Shown piece after piece: positions 27,783 to 37,424 of a stretch of 64,000 bases of DNA. The number at the start of each line of letters is the position of its first letter. Within the stretch, counting starts at the first letter, position 1. Source of the DNA: Candidatus Poribacteria bacterium (GTDB taxonomy: Bacteria; Poribacteria; WGA-4E; WGA-3G); assembly GCA_963665235.2 (NCBI GenBank), contig CAXXLX010000001.1, positions 1,534,902 through 1,598,901 on the forward strand, read 5' to 3'. The notes beneath the pieces are model-generated. The model was not told where the DNA came from. It worked only from the letters and a program-made list of their open reading frames with translations, and did no database searches. The position numbers and the translations under genes are program-made.

Positions 27783-30185
27783 CTACTCCTTTTTACCTTG
27801 CTGCAACCGAAACGGCTCGCTTTTGACAATTTCTGTAATGAGCACAGTGCTGCTATACTCTTTCGCCTCGAGTTCATCGACAATCCGCTCGACCGTCGGC
27901 CGGTCGTAATATGCTAATCCTCTGCCGAGGGCGTAAGTTAGCATTTTCTCGGTTAGACATTTTGCAAAGTGCTGCTTTCTATCTTTGAGAATCTGTTTTA
28001 GGTCGGTTATACCCTGAAATGATGTGCCATCTGGCAGTTCTCCAGTTGTATCGAGTAGGAGCTCCCCCTCCTTTGTTCGGAATGCCCCGATAGCGTTGTA
28101 GTTTTCAAGTGCGAATCCAATCGGGTCCATTTTGGCGTGGCAGTTCGCACATGCGGGGTCTTTTCGATGTTGTTCGAGTCGTTGCCGCAAGGTCTTTCCG
28201 CTGATTGCCTCATGTTCCTCCGCTAATTCTGGGACGTTCGGGGGTGGAAGTGGCGGCGGTGAACCGAGTATCTGTTCAAGCACCCAACGACCACGTTTGA
28301 CAGGTGAGGTCCGGGTCGGATTGGAGGTTACTGTGAGCACACTCCCGTGCGTTAAGATACCGCCGCGTGTTGCATTTCCTAACGCAACCCGCTGAAAACC
28401 GTTCCCCTGGACTTTGTTCCCATTTATGTCCTTGTAGATGCCGTAATGCCTTGCTAAGGGTTGATTGAGAAAGGTGTAGTCTGCATCGAGCAGCGTAAGA
28501 ATGCTCCCGTTTCCACGAAAGATTGAATCTAAAAAGAGTTCGGTTTCCTTCAACATCGCTTGACGCAGTTTCGGGGTGAAAGTTGGAAACTGTTGAAGGT
28601 CGGGGGCAACCGTTGTAAGACGTTGAATCTGTAACCACTGCGTTCCGAAGTTACGTGCTAATTCTGTCGCTTTGGGGTCCGCGAGCATCCGCTTAACTTG
28701 CGCCTCAAGGTTGACAGTCAGCTGCTTTTCCTCAGCGAGTGCGAAGAGTTCATCGTCCGGCATACTGCTCCACAAAAAGTAGGAGAGCCGGGAGGCGAGC
28801 TGAAATTCATCAAGCGGGTAAGGATTACGGCCTTGGGCTCGGTCATCTAATTCCCATCGAAAGAGAAATTTAGGGGAGCAGAGAACGATTTTAAGTGCTT
28901 GTTGAATCCCTGCTTCCCACTTTTCACCATCGGCCTGGACGCTCTCTACAAATTGTGCAAGTTTTTCCACTTCAGCTTCACTGGGCGGCCTGCGATATGC
29001 GCGGCGAAGCAGACGCGTCAACACTTCACGGGTCTGTGCTGCCTGTGGGATATTCGGCGTACATGCCAAAATTTTGCGTTGAGAGACGGGACGGGTGTCT
29101 AGCGGCCCCTCTGACCATAGCAAGCGAATCATGAGCTTGGCTTCGGGTTCACCTTGTGCAGGTTTAACCATCGCTATTCCTGCCTTTTCGACGTTAGGGA
29201 TACGGCTGACAAGGGTTTCAATCGTCTGCGGTTTTTTCGGGTCGCGGGCGGTAATCTCGAACGTCTCCAAAATTTTGATTCTGTTATCTGCTGTGGGGTC
29301 AACGCCGACAAGCTGTGCAAGTTCATCAGGTGTAGAAACCGCTGCTAACGTTTTTCCCTGAACGAATAGTGCCGCCTTCACAGGCGTTTGACGCTCCGTT
29401 TCGGCATAAAGGGTTGCCCGGTATAAAATCTCTATATCGGGGAGAAACCTGAGATGCGCTGCACCTGTCGTAAACGGTCCTGTTTTCCAAGGCTCTTCGG
29501 CACCTGGGTCAAGCAGGCGAAAACGGTTCGGGGGTACGTCTCTGTGACGGGGGTCAAGCCGTTGTCCTCTCTGATACCGCCTAGCTGGCGGCGGCGGCTC
29601 CACAAGGATAACCCGTTCAGCGATTGCCTCCGCTGCTTCTAAATAACGTTCCATCAACAGCGGGGACATCGTCAGCACATCGCCGATGTTATCAAACCCA
29701 TGCCCTATATCGTCAGCAGGAAAATTTACAGTCGGATCGAAATCAACGTAGAGTAGGTCTCGGACGGTGTTTTTGTATTCAACTTTATTGAGCCGGCGTA
29801 CCGTAACTCGCCCCGGTTCAGGTTTAGCTGTCCGCGCTGCGTTTTCAAAAATCGCTTCAACATGCCCGACAAACGTTTCGCGCTCTGCCATAGAGGGTTG
29901 TGTGCTATCTGATGGCGGCATCTGATTTGTCGTTAGCATATCCAAAACGTTTTCCCAAATATCGTGATGCTTGATTATGGAGAGGTCATCCGGAAATGCG
30001 TCAAGTGAAAGTTCAGCGGCGGGCTCCTCACCGGCGTGGCATCCGAAGCAGTACTGTTTCAAAAAAGGAACGTCTACTTTCGCAAAGTCGGGGGGCTCCC
30101 GACCTGATAGGTTGGGGACAGATGCAATAAACACCAGCATCAGGAGCAGACAGAGATGTTGTGGGATGTAATTACGTGCGGTCAT
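27783..30185 (-). CDS. DUF1587/DUF1592/DUF1595/DUF1588/DUF1585 multi-domain protein with CxxCH motifs
   Basis: Contains CFGCH and CANCH, VTVRRLNKVEYKNTVRDLL (DUF1587-like), TSPVKRGRWVLEQILG (DUF1588-like) and CHAKMDPIGFALENYNAIG (DUF1585-like). The start was set at the ATG at 30185 rather than the TTG at 30200. Confidence 0.85.
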   Translation of the reverse strand: MTARNYIPQHLCLLLMLVFIASVPNLSGREPPDFAKVDVPFLKQYCFGCHAGEEPAAELSLDAFPDDLSIIKHHDIWENVLDMLTTNQMPPSDSTQPSMAERETFVGHVEAIFENAARTAKPEPGRVTVRRLNKVEYKNTVRDLLYVDFDPTVNFPADDIGHGFDNIGDVLTMSPLLMERYLEAAEAIAERVILVEPPPPARRYQRGQRLDPRHRDVPPNRFRLLDPGAEEPWKTGPFTTGAAHLRFLPDIEILYRATLYAETERQTPVKAALFVQGKTLAAVSTPDELAQLVGVDPTADNRIKILETFEITARDPKKPQTIETLVSRIPNVEKAGIAMVKPAQGEPEAKLMIRLLWSEGPLDTRPVSQRKILACTPNIPQAAQTREVLTRLLRRAYRRPPSEAEVEKLAQFVESVQADGEKWEAGIQQALKIVLCSPKFLFRWELDDRAQGRNPYPLDEFQLASRLSYFLWSSMPDDELFALAEEKQLTVNLEAQVKRMLADPKATELARNFGTQWLQIQRLTTVAPDLQQFPTFTPKLRQAMLKETELFLDSIFRGNGSILTLLDADYTFLNQPLARHYGIYKDINGNKVQGNGFQRVALGNATRGGILTHGSVLTVTSNPTRTSPVKRGRWVLEQILGSPPPLPPPNVPELAEEHEAISGKTLRQRLEQHRKDPACANCHAKMDPIGFALENYNAIGAFRTKEGELLLDTTGELPDGTSFQGITDLKQILKDRKQHFAKCLTEKMLTYALGRGLAYYDRPTVERIVDELEAKEYSSTVLITEIVKSEPFRLQQGKKE

Positions 30186-30509
30186 CGTTATTTTTCCCAA
30201 GCTGCAGAGCGTTGGGGTTTTTGCTAATGTTGTGTTTTTTAGGATTACATTTTAAAATGATACCACAGAATCTTGCGAAAGTCAAGTGAAAATTTGGGGG
30301 TTAGAGTGAGATGTTAAAGTTTTTGTCACATGGATAGGTGGAAGGGTGGAAGATTGGAAGAGGGGAAGCGAAAAAAATTGTCTGAATTACGGATTAGCGC
30401 GGAAAACGCATAAAATGAAAAAAATCGCAAAAAAATTTGACATTTATGATTTGACATTTATGCAAATCTGTGGTACACTTAATGACATAAAACAAACGCG
30501 ATTCGACCT

Positions 30510-31020
30510 TGAGATGTTGTGATGCTAAGCAGGTTTTTGACCTGCGCCAGAGACCTCTTGCCCACGGTTTCCAACAGCCGCTTTGGCAAAGAGCAAAGAG
30601 GCGAACAACAAGATGTTGTGATGCTAAGCGATTTTTTGACCTGCGCCAGAGCCTTCTTGCCAACAGCCAATAGCCAACAGCCAATAGCCAATGACACATG
30701 TGCTTTCCCGTTTGAAGGGAATGTGAAATGGCGAATGGCGAATGGCGAATGGCAAATAGCAAGAAAACCCTCCTACCAAACAGGCGGGTGTTGTCCAAGT
30801 TCGCGATACTTTCGATTGGAATGATAGCAACGGGTAAAGTTTTACAACAAACCCTCTTGCCAATAGCCAATTGCTAACTGCTAATAGCCAATACCACTTG
30901 TGCTTTCCCGTTTGAAGGGAATGCGAAATCGCGAATGGCGATTAGCAAATAGCAAGAAAACCCCTGGGAAGTAGAGGCGTGCTGTAAAAGTTCGCGCTAT
31001 TTTCGCTTGGAAGGATAGGA
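30510..31020. repeat. cluster of family-P palindromic elements, including a ~195-bp tandem pair
   Basis: GATGTTGTGATGCTAAGC..TTTTTGACCTGCGCCAGAG occurs twice. Two units of CTCTTGCCAATAGCC...TGTGCTTTCCCGTTTGAAGGGAATG...GGCGAATGGC...AGCAAG follow. Confidence 0.7.
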
Positions 31021-31034
31021 GGGGTTATATTGTT

Positions 31035-31408
31035 ATACCATTTCTAATTGAAAATGTCTCTTTGTAGTAGCATAAACTTCCAGTTTGTGCACTTCTTCGT
31101 AGCATAAACTTCCAGTTTGTGCACTTCTTCGTAGCATAAACTTCCAGTTTGTGCACTTCTTCGTAGCATAAACTTCCAGTTTGTGCACTTCTTCGTAGCA
31201 TAAACTTCCAGTTTGTGCACTTCTTCGTAGCATAAACTTCCAGTTTGTGCACTTCTTCGTAGCATAAACTTCCAGTTTGTGCACTTCTTCGTAGCATAAA
31301 CTTCCAGTTTGTGCACTTCTTCGTAGCATAAACTTTTAGTTTGGGTCTTCCGTTCTCCGTTTCATTTCTAACAACCGGTAATGATAGAATAATTAATAAA
31401 AATGGTAT
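31035..31408 (+). mobile_element. MITE-like element E2 with nine 32-bp units (eight identical, the last variant)
   Basis: Same termini, head and tail as E1. Units of GTAGCATAAACTTCCAGTTTGTGCACTTCTTC start every 32 bp from 31067 to 31323. Confidence 0.65.
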
Positions 31409-31600
31409 TAGAACACCCCCTCTTGCCAATTTGCTAATTGCCAAGGAGATTGTTCCGCATCTTAAAATCCGCGAAATCCGTGTCCTTCGCGATAATCCCC
31501 GATTCAGACAACACACACTCGTGTCCTCCGCGCTAATCCGCGATTCAGCAATACACACGCCAAACCTACCCTTCCCCTCTTCCAGCCTTCCCTCTATCAT

Positions 31601-32000
31601 ATCGTGTAATGTATCGCGTGCACAGCACGCTCCTACAGAAATCGTGTAATGTATCGCGTGCACAGCACGCTCCTACAGAAATCGTGTAATGTATCGCGTG
31701 CACAGCACGCTCCTACAGAAATCGTGTAATGTATCGCGTGCACAGCACGCTCCTACAGAAATCGTGTAATGTATCGCGTGCACAGCACGCTCCTACAGAA
31801 ATCGTGTAATGTATCGCGTGCACAGCACGCTCCTACAGAAATCGTGTAATGTATCGCGTGCACAGCACGCTCCTACAGAAATCGTGTAATGTATCGCGTG
31901 CACAGCACGCTCCTACAGAAATCGTGTAATGTATCGCGTGCACAGCACGCTCCTACAGAAATCGTGTAATGTATCGCGTGCACAGCACGCTCCTACAGAA
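31601..32000 (+). repeat. perfect tandem array, 40 bp x 10
   Basis: ATCGTGTAATGTATCGCGTGCACAGCACGCTCCTACAGAA is repeated ten times without a mismatch. Each unit holds the W4 hairpin GCGTGCacaGCACGC. Confidence 0.95.
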
Positions 32001-32208
32001 GAGGATGGACATATATATAAAGTGAATCTGTCCAACTAAATGGCCCTGGGGTTTGGGATGAGGGGAACACGGTGGAAAGACTATGAGATTTGGTCTACAC
32101 ATATCGCCCTGTTGGGGCTAGGAGGGGGACGTTGTGCGATTCTATAAACATAACACCCATACTGGGCTAAGGGGGCGTGTGTTTCTACCCTCCTCAAAAA
32201 AACTAAAC

Positions 32209-33210
32209 CTAGTTTTCCGTGTCGATTACGGTCCGGTAAGCGTGCTCCCGTAGCTCCGCTACAATGCCTAAAACACCATCGTAGCTATCACACGTAACCA
32301 GACGGTAACGGAAAGGTTTGACGTGAGGGATACCCTTAAAATAATTACTGTAATGTCGCCGCATCTCAATAAGTCCGAGTTTCAAACCTTTCCAGTCAAT
32401 AGAGAAATCCAGATGTTTTCTAAAAACGGCAATCCGTTCGTCTATTGAAGGCGGAGGGAGCAATTCACCTGTTGCGAAATAGTGCTTTATCTCGTTGAAA
32501 ATCCACGGGTATCCAATTGCTGCCCGGCCAATCATGATGCCATCCACGCCGTATTGTTGACGCATCTGCGCTGCTTTTTGGGGACTATCCACATCGCCGT
32601 TGCCGAAAACGGGGATGGTCATGCGTGGATTATCCTTAATCCTGCCGATGAGTGTCCAGTCTGCACTGCCCTTATACATCTGTCGGCGCGTCCTGCCGTG
32701 AATTGCGATGGCACGGATACCGACATCCTGGAGTCGTTCTGCGACTTCAACGATATATTTCGTATTTTCATCCCACCCGAGACGTGTTTTGACAGTAACA
32801 GGCAGGGTTGTGGCTTTCACCATCTCGGCAGTCATCTTAACCATCTTGGGTATATCCTGCAAGATGCCCGCGCCCGCGCCTTTACACGTGACCTTTTTCA
32901 CGGGACACCCGTAGTTAATATCAATGATATCCGGTTGAACCCGTTCGGTGATTTCAACAGATTCGCGCATCACCTCAATATTGTGTCCGAAAATTTGGAT
33001 ACCGATAGGTCTTTCCACTTCAAAGATATCTAACTTAGCGACGCTCTGTGCAGCATTTCGGATGAGTGCTTCAGAGGAGATGAACTCGGTGTACATCAGA
33101 TCGGCACCGTTCTCTTTGCAAACGGCGCGGAAAGGCGGGTCGCTGACATCTTCCATCGGTGCCAGCAGCAGGGGAAAATCAGGGATGTTCAAATTACCAA
33201 TTGTTAGCAT
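32209..33210 (-). CDS. dusB: tRNA-dihydrouridine synthase
   Basis: 333 aa. LAPMEDVSDPPFR, INYGCPVKKV, and an FMN-binding TIM-barrel pattern with a C-terminal helical domain. Confidence 0.85.
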   Translation of the reverse strand: MLTIGNLNIPDFPLLLAPMEDVSDPPFRAVCKENGADLMYTEFISSEALIRNAAQSVAKLDIFEVERPIGIQIFGHNIEVMRESVEITERVQPDIIDINYGCPVKKVTCKGAGAGILQDIPKMVKMTAEMVKATTLPVTVKTRLGWDENTKYIVEVAERLQDVGIRAIAIHGRTRRQMYKGSADWTLIGRIKDNPRMTIPVFGNGDVDSPQKAAQMRQQYGVDGIMIGRAAIGYPWIFNEIKHYFATGELLPPPSIDERIAVFRKHLDFSIDWKGLKLGLIEMRRHYSNYFKGIPHVKPFRYRLVTCDSYDGVLGIVAELREHAYRTVIDTEN

Positions 33211-33277
33211 AATATCGTTTTTGCGTAATGTTTTTAGGGTATCTCGAATCGCGCAGCAAATGTGTTTATAGTTAGAT

Positions 33278-33306
33278 ATTATAACCTATAGGTGTGCCAA
33301 TGTCAA
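33278..33306 (-). promoter_or_regulatory. consensus sigma70-like promoter for dusB
   Basis: The reverse complement reads TTGACA, 17 nt, TATAAT. The -10 element is about 68 nt upstream of the ATG. Confidence 0.55.
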
Positions 33307-33410
33307 GTTAAGCAAAGTTCTGCTTGATAATTTTCCAATTTCGTGATAGATATAAGGGGAGGCTACAGAACGTTGTTTGTTCATCGACAATTCAATAGTG
33401 AGGTATTTTT

Positions 33411-34127
33411 ATGAGATGTGTTTTTGTTGGTATCGAGTATGCAGGAAAATCAACGTTAATCAACTTGTTGACTGACTACTATCGGCATAGGAAATTAGCA
33501 GTTCACGTGGATGATCATTTTACTATCCCGGATGCGACGCTGAGTGCGGACTCAAGAGCCGCGTATATGGATTTTCCGGATGACGTGAAGGAGCGGATGC
33601 AACGGATGCAAATCCAATATCACGTTGAAGTGATCAAAAACTATCCGAACACCCTGATAGCAGGATGGCATATAGAGGAGGCAGTCTATACCTCAGTTTA
33701 TGGAGATGCGCCAGATAGTCCATATTATAGAAACTATCATTACCGTGCGCAGCGAGGTTATGAAGCCCAAGTGATGGAGGCAAGACTGCCGGATGTGGTT
33801 TTAATACACGTCACTGCTAGTGATGCGGCGATTCAGGAACGGATGGAAACCGCCCCTCACGAATACCAGATTATCAAGGCGGCGGACATTCCGACACTCA
33901 AACGCCTTTTTCAGGAGGAGATCGATAAATCTCTATTTACGCAAAAAGGCCGTAAAATTGTGCTGGATACAACCGACAAAACACCGGCTGAATCTCTTGA
34001 TACGTTGCTGCTACTTTCCGAACCGCTTGTCACCTTCGGTGAGTTGGCTGTTCGTGCGATGGATGTGCCGCGTGTTCCCTATCAGGTCCGCTATGAAAAC
34101 GGGGTTCGGAAGATGGAGCCGGTTTAA
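33411..34127 (+). CDS. P-loop NTPase/kinase-like protein
   Basis: 238 aa with a Walker A GIEYAGKST near the N-terminus. The subfamily was not recognised. Confidence 0.5.
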   Translation: MRCVFVGIEYAGKSTLINLLTDYYRHRKLAVHVDDHFTIPDATLSADSRAAYMDFPDDVKERMQRMQIQYHVEVIKNYPNTLIAGWHIEEAVYTSVYGDAPDSPYYRNYHYRAQRGYEAQVMEARLPDVVLIHVTASDAAIQERMETAPHEYQIIKAADIPTLKRLFQEEIDKSLFTQKGRKIVLDTTDKTPAESLDTLLLLSEPLVTFGELAVRAMDVPRVPYQVRYENGVRKMEPV

Positions 34128-35203
34128 GCCCCTCTGCTCAATGGATGCTCCCGGTTGGCAATCGGGAACGGGACGCGTTGTCCGGATAGCTGCGACTCAT
34201 AAGCGCCCAAAATCATCTCTAAGGCAGCGAGAGCATCTTCGGCGGCGGAAATCGGTTTTCGGTCATTCTCCATCGCATCGATGAGGTCAAGGATAGCCAG
34301 CTCGTTGCCTTTGAAGAAGGGGGTATCGTCTAGGTCAATTGCTTCCCACTCTTGTGCTGGATTTGAGGGGAGCAGTACGGGATATGGATAGACCATAAGA
34401 CGGTTAGCCACATCGCCACGAAGCGAAAAGATGCCTTCACTGCCAACAATCTCCATGCCGTATCTGCCTGTGCCAGCCTGGTCCTTGCGAGATTGAAAAA
34501 AACCGGAAACACCATTCTTGAAAGCGAAGTAGCTATTGACGCAATCGCCTGCGACCGGGCCGACAGGTTCAGTCGGTTCGTGGGCATCGCCATAGGCCAC
34601 CTCTCTGCCATCTTTGGTGACGTGGGACTGCATCCATGCGACATCTCCTGCGAAGAAGCGCATCATGTTGAACGTGTGTGTGCCGAGGGTAATCATATCC
34701 TCGCCGCCGCCGCGTCTATCCTGTTTACCGCTGGCATAGATAGCTTGTACCGTGCCGATTTTCCCATCGTTGAGCATCTGTTTGATGGTATGCGTTGCGG
34801 GAAGGTATACAGCCTGATGTGCCACGGCAACCTTTAAGCCGCGTGCCTGTGCTGTCTGGACGATTTTATCGCCATCGGCAAGCGACATCGTCATCGGTTT
34901 TTCGCAGTAAACGTTGCAATCTGCGTCAAGACAGGCGGTCACCATCGCGAGATGTTCCGGTACCCAACGGGTACAGACACTGACAATGTCGAGTGTCTCT
35001 TTTTCCAGCATCTCGCGATAATCGGCGTAGCTGCGCAACGCGCTTGTTTCCTCAACCGCTTTTGCTCTGCCCGCTTCATTCGGGTCAGAGATAGCGATAA
35101 ATTCGACATTTTCTATATTTTTGTATGCAGTATGCAATCCGTGTCCGAAGTTTCCAGCCCCGGTGTGGCCGATTGCTGCTGCACGATATGTCTTTTGACT
35201 CAT
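34124..35203 (-). CDS. Gfo/Idh/MocA family oxidoreductase
   Basis: The internal ATG at 35203 follows GGAGG. Rossmann start YRAAAIGHTGAGNFGHG. The longer ORF to 35350 would overlap the upstream gene. Confidence 0.8.
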   Translation of the reverse strand: MSQKTYRAAAIGHTGAGNFGHGLHTAYKNIENVEFIAISDPNEAGRAKAVEETSALRSYADYREMLEKETLDIVSVCTRWVPEHLAMVTACLDADCNVYCEKPMTMSLADGDKIVQTAQARGLKVAVAHQAVYLPATHTIKQMLNDGKIGTVQAIYASGKQDRRGGGEDMITLGTHTFNMMRFFAGDVAWMQSHVTKDGREVAYGDAHEPTEPVGPVAGDCVNSYFAFKNGVSGFFQSRKDQAGTGRYGMEIVGSEGIFSLRGDVANRLMVYPYPVLLPSNPAQEWEAIDLDDTPFFKGNELAILDLIDAMENDRKPISAAEDALAALEMILGAYESQLSGQRVPFPIANREHPLSRGA

Positions 35204-35264
35204 GTGAAAATAATACCTCCGATTCGGGGGGATGCCCCTCAGGTTCAGGAGCACACGCCTACTT

Positions 35265-36425
35265 TTAGGGGTCAATTTGTTTATGGAACTGCTTTTCGCC
35301 ATTTTTGATAGTGAGAATGGCAACGCTTTTGGTCGGATGCCGGTTTTCATTATATCGTCCGATGTGTGTTGCCCCGATGTAGTTCTCAGTTAGCATCAGT
35401 TGGTTTCGAATTGCGTTTGCGTCAAGGCTGCCCGCTCGTTCAATTGCTTCGGCAAGCAATTTGACAGCGTCGTAGTTGACTGCAATGCCGCCTGTGGGTA
35501 GATGTTCGTAATCTGCTTGGTAAGCCTCTATAAACGCTCTCGCGCTCGGTTCATCGGTGTTTGGCGAAAAGTCGGTAGTGAAAAAGCTTCCCTCCAATTC
35601 GGCATCTTCATTAGCTAACAGCACCTCACTATCCCACGTATCGGTGCCGAGAAAGAGCGTTGGGGTTCCGACAGCATTTTGCAACGGAAACGTTCTCGCT
35701 TGCTGCGTTATAGGGGCAATGTCACCTGAAAAAGCGGCGACGAAAAACGCATCCGGTTTTGTCGCTGCAATATGTGTCAATTGTTCCGTAAAATCTGTTG
35801 TTCCGCTTTCGTAGAAGACATTCGCGACGATATTACCCCCAAGTTGGCTGAAGCTGGTGGCAAAGAATTCGGCTACACCCTCTGTATAGATATCTCCGCT
35901 TAGCGTCAGAATCGCAACGGTGGTTATTTCCAATTCGTCTATCGCAAACCGTGCCATGACCTGTCCCCGAAATGTATCTGTAATGGATGCCATGAAGACG
36001 AAGTCGCCTGCTTTTGTGACATCGGGGTTCGTTGCAGAGGTGGTAATCATCGGTATCCCGTAACGTTGGGCTAGTGGGCCGACCGCAACTGCGTGTGTAG
36101 AGCGGTTGGGACCGATAATAGCGATGACCCCCTCTTTTAGAATCATGTCCTCGGCGGTTTGTGTGGAAAGCGGTAATGAAGCCTCTGTGTTAACGAGGCT
36201 GACCAATTCAATAAGGGTGGTGCCGAGTAGTCCGCCGCGGCTGTTAATCTCATCAACGGCTAACTGTGCACCGTTTAGGTAAGATGCCCGGTCCCCCGCA
36301 ACAATAAAACCGATTTTTACAGTTTGAGGTGCATCTTCCGGAGGCATCAGGTCTTGGAGCCGCTCACATCCCGAAAAAATTACTAGCCCGATAAACAGAT
36401 AGAATATTGCACAAAATTTTCGCAT
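35265..36425 (-). CDS. ABC transporter substrate-binding lipoprotein (type-1 PBP, Liv-like)
   Basis: 386 aa. Lipobox FSGC, an IGFIVAGDRASY...GAQLAVDEIN pattern, and GPNRS. Confidence 0.75.
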   Translation of the reverse strand: MRKFCAIFYLFIGLVIFSGCERLQDLMPPEDAPQTVKIGFIVAGDRASYLNGAQLAVDEINSRGGLLGTTLIELVSLVNTEASLPLSTQTAEDMILKEGVIAIIGPNRSTHAVAVGPLAQRYGIPMITTSATNPDVTKAGDFVFMASITDTFRGQVMARFAIDELEITTVAILTLSGDIYTEGVAEFFATSFSQLGGNIVANVFYESGTTDFTEQLTHIAATKPDAFFVAAFSGDIAPITQQARTFPLQNAVGTPTLFLGTDTWDSEVLLANEDAELEGSFFTTDFSPNTDEPSARAFIEAYQADYEHLPTGGIAVNYDAVKLLAEAIERAGSLDANAIRNQLMLTENYIGATHIGRYNENRHPTKSVAILTIKNGEKQFHKQIDP

Positions 36426-36626
36426 GTTTTAAATTTCCCGTAAAAAATATCTTTCCTTTGTTTTAGATTTCTGCTAAAATAAAAAAAGCTGTTGTAGGAG
36501 TGAGCTCCCGAGCGCGACCGACCTATTGAAAAGTAGCATCAGGATCGCTCTTCATATAACCCGAACAACTTTTGTAACTATTATCCTTTAATTTACGAAA
36601 ATAAGCAAGTCATTTCTATATCTATT

Positions 36627-37370
36627 ATGGCAACCTTAATCACAATCATTGGCCGGGGGCATTCTGGAACCCGTGCGATTTCCCATACGTTGTACGCCAG
36701 CGGGGTTTATATGGGCAGTCAGCTGAATCCATCCGGCGATAAGATTCCACCGCACGCGATGTACGACGCGTGCCGAGTGATGGCACAATACGTTGAATGG
36801 AAGGGGGGATTATCGTGGAATTTTGAACCCCTATTTACGATGCCAATTGATGTTGAGTTCGAGCAGCTTATCAACACCTACCTAGCAGATGTCATGCGTG
36901 ACACGTCTGAACATAAGGGGTGGAAGATACCTGAGACGACGCTTGTCTATCCGTGGATAGTGCGAATGTTTCCGGAGGGACGATTTATCCACTGGATTCG
37001 CGATCCGAGGGATTGCATTTTGGGCAGTCACAAAACGGACAATTTACGCGACTTCGGTATTGAATACCCACGAACAGATGATGTTTTCGAGAGGCGTGCA
37101 ATTTCTTGGTACTACCAATATGAGTTGATGAAACGGACACCAAAACCGAAACATGTTATCTATGTCCGATTTGAGGACTTCGTGCTCAAACAGGAGGAGA
37201 CGCTCAAACGGCTTGAGACGTTCTTAGGCATTCCGTTGGGACGGATAGTTGTGCGTCCGGAGGCGGTTGCACGCTGGAAAAGAACGCCTACACCGTGTGC
37301 CCTCCCGTTTGATTTCTTACAAGAGGCTATTGTGGAAAACGGTTATTCGTTAGCAGAAGCGAGACAATGA
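36627..37370 (+). CDS. sulfotransferase family protein
   Basis: 247 aa. A 5'-PSB-like IIGRGHSGTR and a 3'-PB-like WIRDPRD. Confidence 0.7.
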   Translation: MATLITIIGRGHSGTRAISHTLYASGVYMGSQLNPSGDKIPPHAMYDACRVMAQYVEWKGGLSWNFEPLFTMPIDVEFEQLINTYLADVMRDTSEHKGWKIPETTLVYPWIVRMFPEGRFIHWIRDPRDCILGSHKTDNLRDFGIEYPRTDDVFERRAISWYYQYELMKRTPKPKHVIYVRFEDFVLKQEETLKRLETFLGIPLGRIVVRPEAVARWKRTPTPCALPFDFLQEAIVENGYSLAEARQ

Positions 37371-37424
37371 AAAATCAAAATTTTTCATTTCTCTATAAAT
37401 TTTGATAAAAAACGAGGTAATATT

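Noticed and set aside
31025-31663. ORF-track entries that lie within repeats: 11238-11608, 12223-12444, 12504-12977, 30394-30870, 31025-31663 and 57510-58001.
   Set aside because: Their translations are just iterated repeat units (for example LEVYATKKCTNWKFMLRRSAQTGSLCYEEVHK repeated). They have no ribosome-binding sites and the same DNA occurs elsewhere in other frames and orientations.
32000-32208. Possible small RNA or tRNA in the gap downstream of dusB.
   Set aside because: No cloverleaf-compatible arms or conserved tRNA boxes were found by eye. The segment consists of degenerate W3-type words.
35204-35350. N-terminal extension of the Gfo/Idh/MocA ORF, running to 35350.
   Set aside because: The extension overlaps the 3' end of the upstream substrate-binding-protein gene and lacks homology-like content. 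The ATG at 35203 has a GGAGG and begins directly with the Rossmann fold.
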